Source: Mobula hypostoma (taxonomy: Eukaryota). From it: DNA of 64,000 nt. Positions 1 to 12,387 of this stretch are shown piece by piece (within the stretch, counting starts at the first letter, position 1; every line of letters starts with the position of its first letter). Made by a program: the position numbers and the translations under genes. A model generated the notes under the pieces. That model was given only the letters and a program-made list of their open reading frames with translations, made no database searches and had not been told where the DNA came from. The DNA lies in the NCBI RefSeq assembly GCF_963921235.1, contig NC_086097.1:110424001-110488000 (forward strand), in the 5' to 3' direction.

Positions 1-532
1 ACAAGTTTAATAAATGGACCGCCACAAAAATATTGAGACTTTTTTTTTTCAGTCTTTTAAACTGGAAGATGGGCGAGTCATTAGCTTCATAGCAATTACA
101 TTCTTTCAAGATAAAAGTCCAGAGACCAGCTCTTTCTCTTGCCCAGTTATCAAGGTCTGAAATTTAGTTACTGGTTGGAATGTTTACACAATGAGTTTCT
201 GATAGACGTACAGTTGTCCTGTGAGTGTACATTCTCTCCAAAAGTCAAAATAATATTTTCTTATTGACCTGAACTTTCTGTGAACATATGAGTATGGAAT
301 AAAAGTACTTGACAAGTTATTTATTTTTGTTGAGGCAGTGACCAGTGCGCTTTATTGAGAAAAATCCATTTTATATTTGTATCTTTTCTTTGACTTGATT
401 ACCAACCAATATTGAGGAGCATTCAACCATTATTGCCATTCTATGTATATAAAAAAGCAAGAACCTGACTTCACATTAATTTAGATCCACATTGGAGATT
501 CTGTTGTCATTTCCCCCTGCGCCCCTTGCAGA

Positions 533-795
533 AGGTAGTGTAGTGGTTAGCACAACACTCCACAGTAGCAGCGATCCAGGTTCAATTCCTGCTGCTGTCC
601 TGTAAAGAGTTTGTACATTCTCCCCGTGACCATGTGGGTTTCCACTGGTTTCCTCCCACAGTCCTGGATGGTGGGTTAATTAGTCTGTAAATTGTTCCAT
701 GATTAGGCTAGGATTAAATCAGGGGATTGCTGGGCAGCGAGACTCGAAGGGCCGGAAGGGCCTATTCCAGGCAGTAACTCAGTAAACAAATAATC
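533..795 (+). mobile_element. tRNA-derived V-SINE (HE1-like) with CR1-type tail
   Basis: A box TAGTGGTTAG, B box GGTTCAATTCC, V-domain GAGTTTGTACATTCTCCCCGTGACCATGTGGGTTTCC...GGTTTCCTCCCACA, tail GGGCCGGAAGGGCCT. Confidence 0.8.
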
Positions 796-1329
796 CTGAA
801 TTTCACTCAATCAGGTCGCAGAACTATATAAAAAGTGGTAATTATATTCCCATTTACTTCCCCACTGGGTGTTTGAACCTTGTTAAAATTTACCATTGAG
901 TGCCCTATTAGAATATAATTCCTGCACTCTTTCAATGGAAGAAATACACAATTTATCCGCTAATGCAGACAACAACCTGGTGAAATGCAGGTAGGCTTTT
1001 CAGATTTAATTCTGTCCTGCAATCAGTACAATGATGCCCTAAGTGTGATCTAATTCCAGAGACTCACCTTCATGACATAACCTCCAGCAAGCAAATGGCA
1101 TTACTGCCCCATTCCCCTCACAAGATGTTGCAGTGACCTCCATCTTTGCTTAATGCATATTACCAGCACATGCAAATGAATAAAATCTCCTCCAATGTAA
1201 AGCTGTGAATAATTATCACCAACTTCAAGCACGGTCTACTTTGCTAAGTATTGCAATGAATAAATCTTACTGAGAACTTAGTTCACTTCAAGTTTAGGGA
1301 GACATTTTGGTTTCCTTATATTACAGACA

Positions 1330-1590
1330 CAAAGATTCACTTTATTTGTCACATGCACATTGAAACATCGAAATATACGGTGAAATGCATCGTTTGCATC
1401 AGCATCAAACGCTGCCAGCACAGCATGCCCACAGCTACTACACTTAACATCTTTGGAATGTGGGAGGAAACCAGAGCCAGGGGAGACATGGTCACAGGGA
1501 GACTGTTCAGTCCTTACAGACAGTGGCGGAAATCGAATCTGATCTTCAGAACGCTGGTACTGCATTGTGCTACACTGATTACTACACTAT
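1330..1590 (-). mobile_element. Degenerate V-SINE
   Basis: Reverse complement of the V-domain (TGTGGGAGGAAACCAGAGC...GGTCACAGGGAGA) and a decayed tRNA head. Confidence 0.65.
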
Positions 1591-2767
1591 TGTGTTATGG
1601 AAGGAAGTTCAGTGATGTTGTTATCCGGAGCTTCAGTCAAACAGATTGCAAACTGCATGTAGGTCAACTGGATTTCTTAGTAGGTTTGAATTACCCTCAT
1701 ATATATTGCATCCCACTATAATCCAGTCAGGAAATTAATAACTTACTGACATTTAATAACTGAACCTCATTAATTATGCTTCACAAGAGTATCACCAAAC
1801 AAAATTTATTTCCGTATCAAGTAAGGAGATGTTGGTAAGAGTCTTTTTAGGACCATCATAAAGCAGGACATGGTGCACGTCCATGCTGACCTATTTGCCC
1901 ACATTAGGACCATATCCTTCAAAGACATTCCCATTCAATTACTCTACCTGTCTAAAAGCCTCTTAAATGTTGTGATGATAGCTGATTTAACCACTTCCTT
2001 TGGCAGCGACTTCCACATATCAACTATTCTTTATGCAATAAACAAACTTACCCTTTAATCCCCCTTTAAAATCCCCTTCCTCTGAACTTAAACCCTCACC
2101 TTGATGTACCTAAAATGGGGGAAAGATTGTATTTACTCCCTCTATACCTCTTATAACTTGATATGCCTCTATCAGGTAAACTTAACTCCATCTGGTCAAA
2201 GGTGGGATGATTCAATCAGTGGAATGAGCTGATGTTTTGAGTGTCAGAAGGATGGAAGGAAATAACATTGCAATAGCGTGGATGGATTTGAAATCATGGG
2301 CGACAATTTCAAAATTTGCTTATTTTGAAGCTAATGTGAGCAATGGGGAAACATAACTGGGTGTGAACTACACAGGGCGGAGAGCAGAATGTTTGAATAC
2401 CTCAAGCTTATAGAAACTGAAAGAAGGGAGGCTGCTGGAATTGCTTTGGAATAGTTGTGTATTAAGGTAACTAGAACATGAATGAAAGCTCCAGAATTAA
2501 ACTTTTCATCAGAATGTTTAATATTGCTTTTGTTAGTATATTTCAGTATTGCACAAGCATCTCAGTCACCAGAAAGGTCAAGATTCAGAGAGACTCAAGG
2601 ATTTCCCTTCATGACACTATTGAAGCGGAATCAACAAGGTCAACACATTCCAAATATACACAAACCACAGGAATTAATCCTCCCTACTCCAATACAAGAA
2701 TCTATGCAAATATGACCAGGCCACTCAGTCACTCAAACCTGATTCACCTTCCAAAATGATCATGGCT

Positions 2768-4368
2768 AACAACACACACAAAATGCTGGAGGAACTCAGC
2801 GGGTCAGGCAGCATCTATGAAAATGAATAAACAGTTGATGGGTCAGGCTGAGACAGGAAAGGAAGGGGGAAGATGCCAGAATAAAAAGGTGGGGGGAAGG
2901 GAATGAGGATAAGCTAGAAGGTGAGAGCACTTCCTCCCTCACCTCCATTCAGGGTCCTAAAGAGTCCCTCCAGGTGAGGCAACACTTGACCTCTGAATCT
3001 GTTAGGGTCGTCTATTGTATCTAGTGCTCCTGATGCAGCCACCCCTACATTGTTGAGACTGGACATAAATTGGGGAATGTTTTGTCGAGCACCTCCGCTC
3101 CATCTGCCAAAAGCAAAATTTCTGGGTTTCCAACCATGTTAGTTCAAATCTGCATTTGATATGTTTGTCCTGCAATGATGAAGCCAGATCAGGGTGGAGG
3201 AGCAACACCTCATATTCCATCTAGGTAGCCTCCAACCTGATGATATGAACATTGATTTCTTCTTCAAGTAATTTCATTTTCTCTTTTTTTCTTTTCCCTT
3301 CCCCCTTCTGCCTTCTATTGCCCTCTTGGCCTCTTACCCTTACCTCACCTTCCTATCACCTCCCCGTGGAGCTGCTCCTTCTTCCCTTTCTCCCATGGTC
3401 CACTCTCCTCCCCTGTCAGATTCCTTATACTCCAGCCCTTTACCTTTCCCACCCACCTGGCTTCACCTATCACCTTCAAGTTTATAAGTTTAATTACCAT
3501 TTCAACCATACCCTAACACAGGCAAATTAAACTGTGTTACTCTAGAGGCAAGGTGGAAAGTACAGAACCAACAGTCACACACAGCACAAGGTGCATACAG
3601 CTCAAGTAAGATAGCAGTAAAATACAGGCACACAAAAAAAGCCCATGGCTGAGTCCATGGGCGTTGCAGCTGAATGAGTCACACTGGAGGGCAGCACCAG
3701 CCCCAGCCCCAGCACGGAGGCTGCACCAGCTGCCTCTATCACTCCAGTGGAACGCAGCAACTTCGACGCCTCTCTCCTGGCTGGCTGCAAACAGGTGACA
3801 CTGCGGCTTGATGCCTAGTCCTTGCTATGACTGAGACCGTGAAGCTCCCCCCACTGTCCAACCTACCATCTGCCAATAAACCAGTGAATCCAGCTTGCAG
3901 CAATTCCACATTAACAATGTCCAACAGGGTTTTGCATTCACAAGACAATCACACGCTGTTAGGCCGCACACTACATTCGCACATCAACACCGACTCTCTG
4001 ACATAAACAGCAGCACAATCCACACCAAGTCCAGATCCTTCAGCTTCTCTGCCAACAAGCAACTCGCTGATGGGGTACACCTGAAGTACTTTGAGTTTTT
4101 AATGTCCAGCAAGATCTTGCAATCGCAAAAAATACGTTTAAGAAAAGTCAATAACACCCTTGGTTGCCTCTGTAAAAGCCACTGCATCTGAGCATGCTGC
4201 TAACTTACCTTCTAGCTTGTCCTCCTTTCCTTCCCCCCACCACCTTTTTATTCTGGCAACTTCCTCCTTCCTTTCCTGTCTTGTCTTGGCCTGAAACATC
4301 GTTCCCATAGATGCCGCCTGACCTGCTGTGTTACTCTGGAGTTCCAGCATCTGCAGAATTTCCTGTTT
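2768..4368 (+). mobile_element. Truncated Penelope-like element with inverted terminal segment, interrupted by a 729-bp insertion
   Basis: 12-bp TSD ATGATCATGGCT at 2756-2767 and 4369-4380. Inverted pLTR piece at about 2768-2925; GIY-YIG remnant at about 2930-3260 homologous to 6903-7260. Confidence 0.85.
3478..4206 (-). mobile_element. Non-coding retroposon-like insertion
   Basis: Splits the Penelope pLTR sequence. 6-bp TSD ACCTTC (3472-3477, 4207-4212). Ends in AAACTTATAAACTT on the minus strand. Confidence 0.6.
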
Positions 4369-4924
4369 ATGATCATGGCTCATCTACATTAGGCTTTTTC
4401 TCTTCTACCATGCCAGTTGCCCACAGCCCTCAATTCCTCAAGCAATCAAAATTTATCCCGTTTAATTCACTGACCTCCTCACCACCTGCAAATGCTCCTC
4501 CCATTATTTTCTACCACATATATCTTAAACTTTCAGTTCTGCTATCAGCAGATGCTTCACAATAAACCTCCTCACACTTTTCCTCAGTCGTCAAACTTTT
4601 GATATTTCCCGCTTGACTCTGTTTTCACTCCAGTCCTTATTCCTCTCCCTTGTCACTCTCCTCTCATCTCATTCAACAAATATTTCTGTGATAACTTGGT
4701 GTGTGAGGAGTGTTTTAGGAATCCTGTAGAAATACAGAAGCTGTTTTACTCCTTTCTTTATCAGTTTTCTCCCAAATTTTGTGGAAGTTTTGTGCTATTG
4801 CCTGCATACTAGTCCACAAACTACTTTCTCTGCAGATGCAGGTAGACAGCCATTGTTCCTGTCTTGAGATCCAGTGGTAAAAGTCAGTATGTTATTCATC
4901 TGTTAGAGATTACCATAGACACAC

Positions 4925-4930
4925 TTTATT
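4925..4930 (-). terminator. Candidate ITGA9 polyadenylation signal AATAAA
   Basis: AATAAA on the minus strand about 810 nt after the stop, followed by GTGTGTCT. The intervening 3' UTR has no recognisable repeat. Confidence 0.4.
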
Positions 4931-5737
4931 CTAAACAAATGACACATGGTATAGTTTCAGCTGATGAGGGGAGAAGTCTCTGAATTATGGCCTGACACAG
5001 AAATCATTTTCTTGGAGCTAACTAGAGCATGGAGGCCTTTAATAATTCCTCAGCTGCTCCCAACTTCCATAATAGGCTGAAAAGTATATTTTATATAGTG
5101 TACAGCAACACAATCTCACTGTTTCAGACAGCAGATAATGGAAAAGAGTTTGAGGCAAAGTGCAAAGTATGTACAGTACTGAAAGTGGTAGATAACTCTG
5201 CAAGTGGTCATGAATTTCATCACCAAGATTGACCTTACTGCAAAGAGCTTCTGGCGAAACAGCTTCTTTATCAAATTGTCATCACTCAGGCTCCGAGCAA
5301 GACATCAGTGCAGTGAGTCTGATAAACAACTGAATATGAGTAAATTACATTTGGATAAAAACTTTTGGATAAAAATATAAAGGAATAAACATTTGAACAG
5401 ACAAGTTCTTCTCTTATAAAAATATTTGCTTTTCTTTACTGAACACACAAAGAGAATTTATCTCCTGAGGGCTATATTGTTGCAAATCCTATTCTCTTCC
5501 ATTCTTAGTCTCCACAGCACTTTGTTTTCTTAATTCTTAAAGGAAGCTCAAGCACCACACAACAGATCTTCTGCTTGGTGTGTCTGCCTCAGGAACACTT
5601 CCAGCTGCTGAATTACACAAATATTCAATTATCAGTTCTCCAAAAAATCTGGAGAAGGATCCCTTCTTCCATATATGGAAGGCTCTGGAGCAGGGTCAAT
5701 TATCTGCTGCATGTCACATGATTTAATTCTCTGGAGC

Positions 5738-5836
5738 TCACTGGTCTTTCTGGAGCCAGTCCCAGCTTTCTTCACTGTCCTTCCTGTTCTTCTCAGCTTC
5801 AATGATTTCTTTGTACCTTCGGCGAAAGAAGCCCAT
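5738..5836 (-). CDS. ITGA9: Integrin alpha-9 last coding exon (cytoplasmic tail): MGFFRRRYKEIIEAEKNRKDSEESWDWLQKDQ*
   Basis: Polypyrimidine tract CTTGCTTTTCTCTTTTGACTAG acceptor, GFFRR integrin-alpha motif, TGA stop at 5738-5740. A different frame from the listed ORF 5632..5874. Confidence 0.96.
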   Translation of the reverse strand: MGFFRRRYKEIIEAEKNRKDSEESWDWLQKDQ

Positions 5837-6481
5837 CTAGTCAAAAGAGAAAAGCAAGATGTATCAGGATCCAAAATAAATACACGTAGTTTTGGAATGA
5901 CTTACTAGATCTTCGTTTTGGCAAATGTAATTATGATCAGTGTTGGACTTTTACCCCTTGCACAATGTGATTTATTTTGTATTTAATCATCATCAGAGAT
6001 TATTATGTTTTAATCCACCGACACCAGTATCATCAAATTCACTGGGCAGTGAGTGAGTCTGAGGCTACGTCCACACTAGACCGGATAAATCCGTAACCGA
6101 AGCTTTTTCTCTTCATTTTGACCCTCCGTCCGTACTGAAACGGCATTTTACTCCCCTGAAAACGCAGCTTTTCTAAAACGCTCTCCAGAGTGTTTAAATC
6201 TGAAAACGCCGGTTGGGCGTTGTAGTGTGTAACCAGAAGTTTTAAAAAAACCTGTCGTCCCTTTCATCGGTGAAGAGACTATGACTGTAGGAAATGTTTC
6301 CAGGGCGACCCCACTGTGGGAGTGGGGAAGACGTTGGTGGGGCCACCCAGGGGTCTGTGTGTCCGTCTGTGTAGCTATTGTAGTGGCTGTGAGGCTGGTA
6401 TTGTGGCGGTGAAAAGTACTGGGGTGGTGCCATCATATTCCTCATCATTGCAAATCCCTCTGCAACAGAGTTAGTTTTTCA

Positions 6482-8748
6482 TAAACACAAAATACTCTGC
6501 AGATGCTGGGGTCAAAGCAACACTCACAACACGCTGGAGGAACCCAGCAGGTCGGGCAGCATCAGTGGAAATGATCAGTCAACGTTTCGGGCCGGAACCC
6601 TTCATCAGGACTGTAGAGGGAAGGGGCAGAGGCCCTTTAAAGAAGGTGGGGGAGGGTGGGAAGGAGAAGGCTGGTAGGTACCAGGTGAAAAACCAGTAAG
6701 GGGAAAGATAAAGGGGTGGGGGACGGGAAGCTGGGAAGTGATAGTCAGGCAAGGTGAAGAAAGAATAAGGGAAAACACAATGGGTAGTAGAAGGAGGCGG
6801 AACCATGAGGGAGGTGATGTGCAGCTCAGGGAGGGGGCAAAGTGACATAGGGATAGAGGAAGGGAGGGGGAGGGAATTACCAGAAGTTGGAGAATCCTAT
6901 GTTCACACCAAAGGACGGTATATGAGGCATTGCTCCTCCAACCTGAATTTAGCCTCATCATGGCAGTAGAGGTGGCCATGTTTGGACATATCTGAATGGG
7001 AGTGGGATGCAGAGTTGAAGTGGATGGCTACTGGGAGATCCTGTGTGTTGTGGCGGACAGAGCCGAGGTGCTCGACGAAGCGGTCCCCCAATCTGCGTCG
7101 GGTTTCACCGATGTAGAGGAGGACGCACCGGGAGCACCGGATGCAATAGATGACCCCAACAGACTCAGAAGTGAAGTGTTGCCTCACCTGGAAGGACTGT
7201 CTGGGGCCCTGAATGGTGACAAGAGAGGAGGTGTAGGGACAGGTGTAGCACTTGGGCTGACAGGGATAAGTGTCGGGTGGGAGATCTGTGGGGAGGGACG
7301 TGTGGATCAGGGAGCCGCGGAGGGACCGATCCCTGCGGAAAGCAGAGAGGGGTGGAGAGGGAAAGACGTGCTTAGTGGTGGGGTCCTGTTGAAGGTGGCG
7401 GCAGTTGCGGAGGATAATGGGCTGGATCTGGAGGCTGGTGGGGTGGTAGGTAAGGACAAGGGGAACTCTGTCCCTGTTGTGGTGGCGGGAGGATGGGGTG
7501 AGAGCCGAAGTGTGGGAAATGGAGGAGATGCGGGTGAGGGCACCATTGATGACAGCAGAAGGGAAACCACTATCCTTGAAGAAAGAGGACATTTGAGATG
7601 TCCTGGAACGGAAAACCTCATCCTGGGAGCAGGTGCGGCAGAGACAGAGGAACTGGGAATAGGGAATGGCATTTTTGCATGTGGCGGGGTGGGAAGAGGT
7701 ATAGTTGAGGTAGTTATGAGAGTCAGTGGGCTTGTAGAAGATGTCGGTGGACAGTCTGTCTCCAGAGATGGAGACCGAGAGATCGAGAAAGGGGAGAGAA
7801 GGTCCGAGATAGACCAAGTGAATTTGAGGGCTGGGTGGAAGTTAGAAGTAAAGTCGATGAAATTGACGAGCTCAGCATGGGTGCAGGAAGCAGCACCAAT
7901 GTAGTCGTCAATGTACCGAAGGAAAAGTTGGGGAGCAATACCAGAATAGGTTTGGAGCACAGACTGTTCCACATAACAAACGAAGAGGCAGGCACAGCTA
8001 GGGCCCATGTGAGTTCCCATAGCTACACCCTTGGTCTGAAGAAAGTGTGAAGAGCCAAAAGAGAAGTTACTGAGTGTAAGAACCAGTTCCGCCAACCGGA
8101 GGAGGGTAGTGGTGGTGGGGAACTGGTGAGGTCTATTATCCAGAAAGTAGCAGAGGGCTTTGAGGCCTTCTTGATGAGGAATGGAGGTGTATAGGGATTA
8201 GACATCCATAGTGAAAATGAAGCGGTCAGGACCGGGGAACTGGAAGTTATTGAAGAGGTGGAGGGCATGGGATGTATCCCGGATATAGGTGGGGAGGGAC
8301 TGAACTATGGGTGACAAAATGGAGTCCAGGTAGACAGATACAAGTTCGGTGGGACAGGAGCAGGCAGAAACTATGGGTCTACGGGAAAGTCAGGCTTGTG
8401 GATCTTGGAGAGGAGATAAAACCAAGCGGTACGGGGTGTGGGAATTATGAGTTTAGCGGCTGAGGATGGAAGGTCTCCAGAGTTGATAAGGGCCGTGATG
8501 GTACGGGAGACAATGGTTTGATGTTTTTTGGTGGGCTCCTGTTCCAGGGGTAAGTAAATAGAAAGAAGGTACCTGGTTTTTCACCTGGTACCTACCAGCC
8601 TTCTCCTTCCCACCCTCCCCCCACCTTCTTTATAGGGCCTCTGCCCCTTCTCTCTACAGTCCCGACAAAAGGTTCCGGCCCAAAACGTCGACTGATCATT
8701 TCCAAGGATGCTGCCCAACTTGCTGAGTTCCTCCAGCGTGTTGTCAGG
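6482..8748 (-). mobile_element. Penelope-like retroelement (RT + GIY-YIG endonuclease, frameshifted, 5'-truncated with inverted pLTR)
   Basis: RT motifs GVAMGTHMGP and RYIDD (7307..8095); GIY-YIG VIYCIRC..LYIGETRRRLGDRFVEH (6903..7817). Inverted terminal copy at about 8570-8745. 12-bp TSD GTTAGTTTTTCA at 6470-6481 and 8749-8760. Confidence 0.93.
6576..6613 (-). ncRNA. Minimal type I hammerhead ribozyme in Penelope pLTR
   Basis: CAGTC-CTGATGA-A-GGG-TTCCGG-CCC-GAAAC-GTT-GACTG: stem I, core, stem II, palindromic stem III; cleavage triplet GUU. Confidence 0.75.
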
Positions 8749-8936
8749 GTTAGTTTTTCAATGTTCGTCATCTGCCGGGTCATACTGTCCGTGAACTCCC
8801 TGTCGCTTGCCTCCATACGCTCCAGTATTTTTTTTTAGTTTTAAGTCCTCCTGCGCGAGAGCCAACAGCTGTCCGTCGTTTGGCAATTTCCTTTTAAGTT
8901 TTTCTAGTCTGTAACTGGATAAACGCGCAGCAAGTA

Positions 8937-9755
8937 CAGGTCCACAATCCCTTATCCAAAATCCTTGGGGCCAGTTGCATTTCGGAATTCAGAATTTTTC
9001 AGATTTCAGACCCCCCCCGCCCATAACAAAAAACACGTAAGCTCAAGTCCCTTATTTATCCTGTTTTAGCTGTGGACTTTAAGACCCAGCAGCGCACCAA
9101 ACCTACGCACATCCTCCCGTATACTTTAAATCATCTCTAGATTATTTATAATACCTAATATAATGTAAATGCTAAGTAAATAATTGTTATACTGTATTGT
9201 TTAGGGAATAATGACAAGAAGAAATTTTATTTCCAGCAAAAACATTCAATAAAACATAAAAATATACAGCTTCAAACAAACCAAATCAAACACATGGTAA
9301 ATGACTTATTGGAATAAATGTAGAACGTCACTGTCACTGTCACTATAAAACTTCAGTAACTTGTCTTTCTGTTTATTTAAATCATATACAGTGGTAGTTC
9401 GAACACTATTTTCTTCAGTAAGACGCCGCACATACACACCACGATCAAGCTTCTACAATAACTCCACTTTCTGCGTTATTGATAATGATAAATGTTTCCT
9501 TCTCTTTTTCTCATTGTTACCCATAGGGTATCTGCAGCTCTTTTTGACAATTAAACACAAAGTCCAGTGAACACAAAATATCAGGAAAAGCAAATGCACG
9601 TGTAACCAGTACGAGCGCTGAGCCACAACTGACGTCTGGCGGCCTCTGCTAGTGCTGCCACGTCACACCTGAGTGACGCCAGCTGTCAGCGAAAAAAACT
9701 TCAGTTTTCGGAGCTTTTTGGATTTCAGAATTTCAGATAAAGGAATGTGCACCTG
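8937..9755. mobile_element. Tigger/pogo-type MITE (MER2/Tigger3-like)
   Basis: TA TSD both sides; imperfect TIR CAGGTCCACAATCCCTTATC / GATAAAGGAATGTGCACCTG; inserted in the Harbinger ORF remnant. Confidence 0.85.
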
Positions 9756-10244
9756 TATACCGTTTCCTCTTCACTTGTTTTCTGTAGATGTGTCCTGCGC
9801 GTGCCCAGTAGGAGGAGATTCACCCAAATACCCGTTTTAATGTGGACGGAGGTATTTTCAAAAACGCCTGGTGTGGACGCCTATTGTTTTTACGAGAAAC
9901 CGGCATTTTCAAAATTATCCATTCTAGTGTGGACGTAGCCTGAGTGACTCATGTTGATGTTGCATTCATCCCAGGAAATCTTAGTGAACCTATTCCTTTA
10001 CACAAGGTCAACTGAAGTGACCTTTAAAGGCAGAATATCTGTGTATTGCCAGGAACACCGAGCATGAAGGGTCTGTGAGGAACAGTTATTTTGCAGCACC
10101 TTCATCAAGTTCAAATTTAAGTAAAATCAGTTAGATCACTGACAAAATGGAGACTGTGTTGGCAACAATCATCATGTGATCATGCGAAAACATAAATGAG
10201 AAGCAAAATATTAGTGGCCAATATTTTGTGCAGTGATTATGGAA

Positions 10245-10445
10245 TGAGTTGCCAGGTCATGTGGTGCATATGAGCTCAATGTCAACGTTTAAGAGACGTT
10301 TGGATTGGTACATGGATGGAAGGGGTAAGAAGGGCTCTGGTCCCAGTGCAGGTCGATGGGGGTAGGCAGTTTAAATGGTTTGGCACAGACTAGATGGGCC
10401 AAAGAGCCTGTTTTGGTGCTGTACTCTCCTATGACTCTATGACTT
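10245..10445 (+). mobile_element. CR1 LINE 3' fragment
   Basis: TGGAATGAGTTGCCAG...GGGCCAAAGAGCCTG 3' UTR and a TATGACTCTATGACT tail. Confidence 0.7.
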
Positions 10446-12336
10446 TAATACTATTAATGGTATCTAGAAATTTGTCTCCTGTCATCAGCACTAAATGTGT
10501 TATACTGTAGCGGCCACTTAAAATTAAGCACTGCAATTTACAAAATGCTAAACTAAACATGAACATTAACTGTTATTTCATATCGAGTTTTGTGGTAAAT
10601 GAGCAGACTCGTTTATGCCACAATTCCAGTAGAATGGTAAACTTAACATGAAATATACGTCAGTGAATCAGTTCTCAGGTGCACTCCCTATGGGAGCAGC
10701 CAGCATTGTAAGCTCTCAACTTTGCCTGTTTTTGTTTATTTGTGGTTTGCTCTGGCTTACGTAAATCTCAACGATCATGCTGAAAACTTGAGGACATGTT
10801 CATGCCAGCAAGTCTCTCCTTTCAGCTGCTATTTTTTTATACAAGTCTAATTTAAACTTCTTACCAAAAGTTCACATTTTTGACAGCATTCACAGAGAGC
10901 AAGGGATGTGAAACAACCTCCACAGCCCCTCTGCCTCAGGTGAAATCAGACCCCGACAACTAAGCCTGACATCTGGCCTCACTTTAAACTTATACAGGGA
11001 AATCTGATCTCAATTGAGGGAAAAGTCTAGGAACACAACAATTTTCATGGTCCAAGCAATTTTCACCATTTCCGTAAATAATTGTTTGATCAGAACTGCT
11101 TTCTACCATAAATATTATTATATCCATAAAAATAAATCAAAGTGCAGCTTTGTTAAGTGTACAGGATTATTAACAGTTGTGGGGAACTGACACTAATTTT
11201 GAAAGACTTTAAGCTTCTGTAATGTTTGATAATAACATTTTCTTTGAATTACTTACAAGGTAATTTTCTGATTTTATGCTTGCATTAGAAAATTAGCTTT
11301 CATGTCAAAGAGAAACATATAAAGCTTTGAAATCTGAAATATAAACAGGCAGTGCTAGGAAATACAGTGTCAGCGCTAGAAACAGAAAAGATAAATATTT
11401 GCAAATTCTCCAGAATGATACACTTTGGAGACGATTGAGAACTTGTAAAGTATGGTCATGGGCTCATGCAGCACCCAGAATCTCCTGCCTACATTATTCA
11501 TGAAGTACCCGTCTGTATTAACTCTGTTTACCAGCTTTCTCTGCCTTAGCAATTCAAATGCTTATCTAGATACTGAAATGTTGCTGAGAGTTTCACCATC
11601 CACCATCCTCTCAGCAGTACACTCCAAACTCAACCGTCCTCTTGGTAAAAGCAACATCTTCTCCAACCCCCAAAAAACATACATTTATTCCTTTTCTTAA
11701 ACCTACACCCTCTGGTTACTGACAGCCCTGCTATGGGGGAAAGGTTTACTACTGGCCATCTTTTCAACCACCCCCCCTCCCTGAATAATTTTGGACACCT
11801 CTCTCAGATCCCACCCACACTCCAGCCTTCTCTACTCCAAGTAAAGAAAGCCATCTTCTTTTGACAGAAATGCTCCATCCCATGCAACATCTTGGTGAAC
11901 GTACTCATGTCCTTTCTACATTGTGGTGACCAAAGCTGTGTAGATGTGGTCTCATCAATATTTTATAAACTGCACCACAACCTCCCACCTCATTATATTT
12001 GTTTTTATTTTATGTTCTGACTTATGAACATCAGCATTCATTACCACCATATTCAATTGTGCTGCCATCTTCCGGAAACATTATGTGGAAATGGTACAGC
12101 AAAACTACACAGAACTGTTAGGGCATATTCTGAAGTTATGGTATATAGCAAATATCAATTTCAACAGCAAGAAATCTTCAGACCTGAATGTGGATTGTAG
12201 ATTGAATTTTAAATGGAGCTCAGAACAATGGCCTTCCTGGGGCTGCAGATTGGGGTTGATTTCAAACCAGGAAAACATCCATTCTCCTGAGATGTCTGCA
12301 TATGCATGAATGCAGCTAGAGAGACAGAGGTGATTA

Positions 12337-12338
<2 letters not shown>

Positions 12339-12387
<49 letters not shown>
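12339..12387. repeat. Compound (TG)n(AG)n microsatellite
   Basis: Directly visible. Confidence 0.95.

Larger units (their letters stand above)
6063..9940 (-). mobile_element. PIF/Harbinger non-autonomous DNA transposon hosting two later insertions
   Basis: Perfect 18-bp TIR GGCTACGTCCACACTAGA / TCTAGTGTGGACGTAGCC and 3-bp TSD TGA. Split, frameshifted ORF remnant LEKLKRKLPNDGQLLALAQEDLKLKK..MEASDREF..AEGFAMMRNMM, probably the accessory (Myb/SANT-type) ORF. Confidence 0.88.

Noticed and set aside
533..600. tRNA gene
   Set aside because: The A/B boxes run straight into a V-domain with no full cloverleaf, so it is a SINE head. The same applies at about 50580-50650 and 51650-51720.
5632..5874. 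Listed 80-aa minus-strand ORF over the last exon
   Set aside because: Wrong frame; the spliced frame starting at 5836 gives the integrin tail.
6996..7904. 302-aa plus-strand ORF as a novel gene
   Set aside because: It is the antisense shadow of the Penelope RT/GIY-YIG frame, Gly/Val-rich, with no independent domain.
8657..8694. Active hammerhead in the inverted pLTR
   Set aside because: The core is mutated (CCGACAA and AAAAC in place of CUGANGA and GAAAC).
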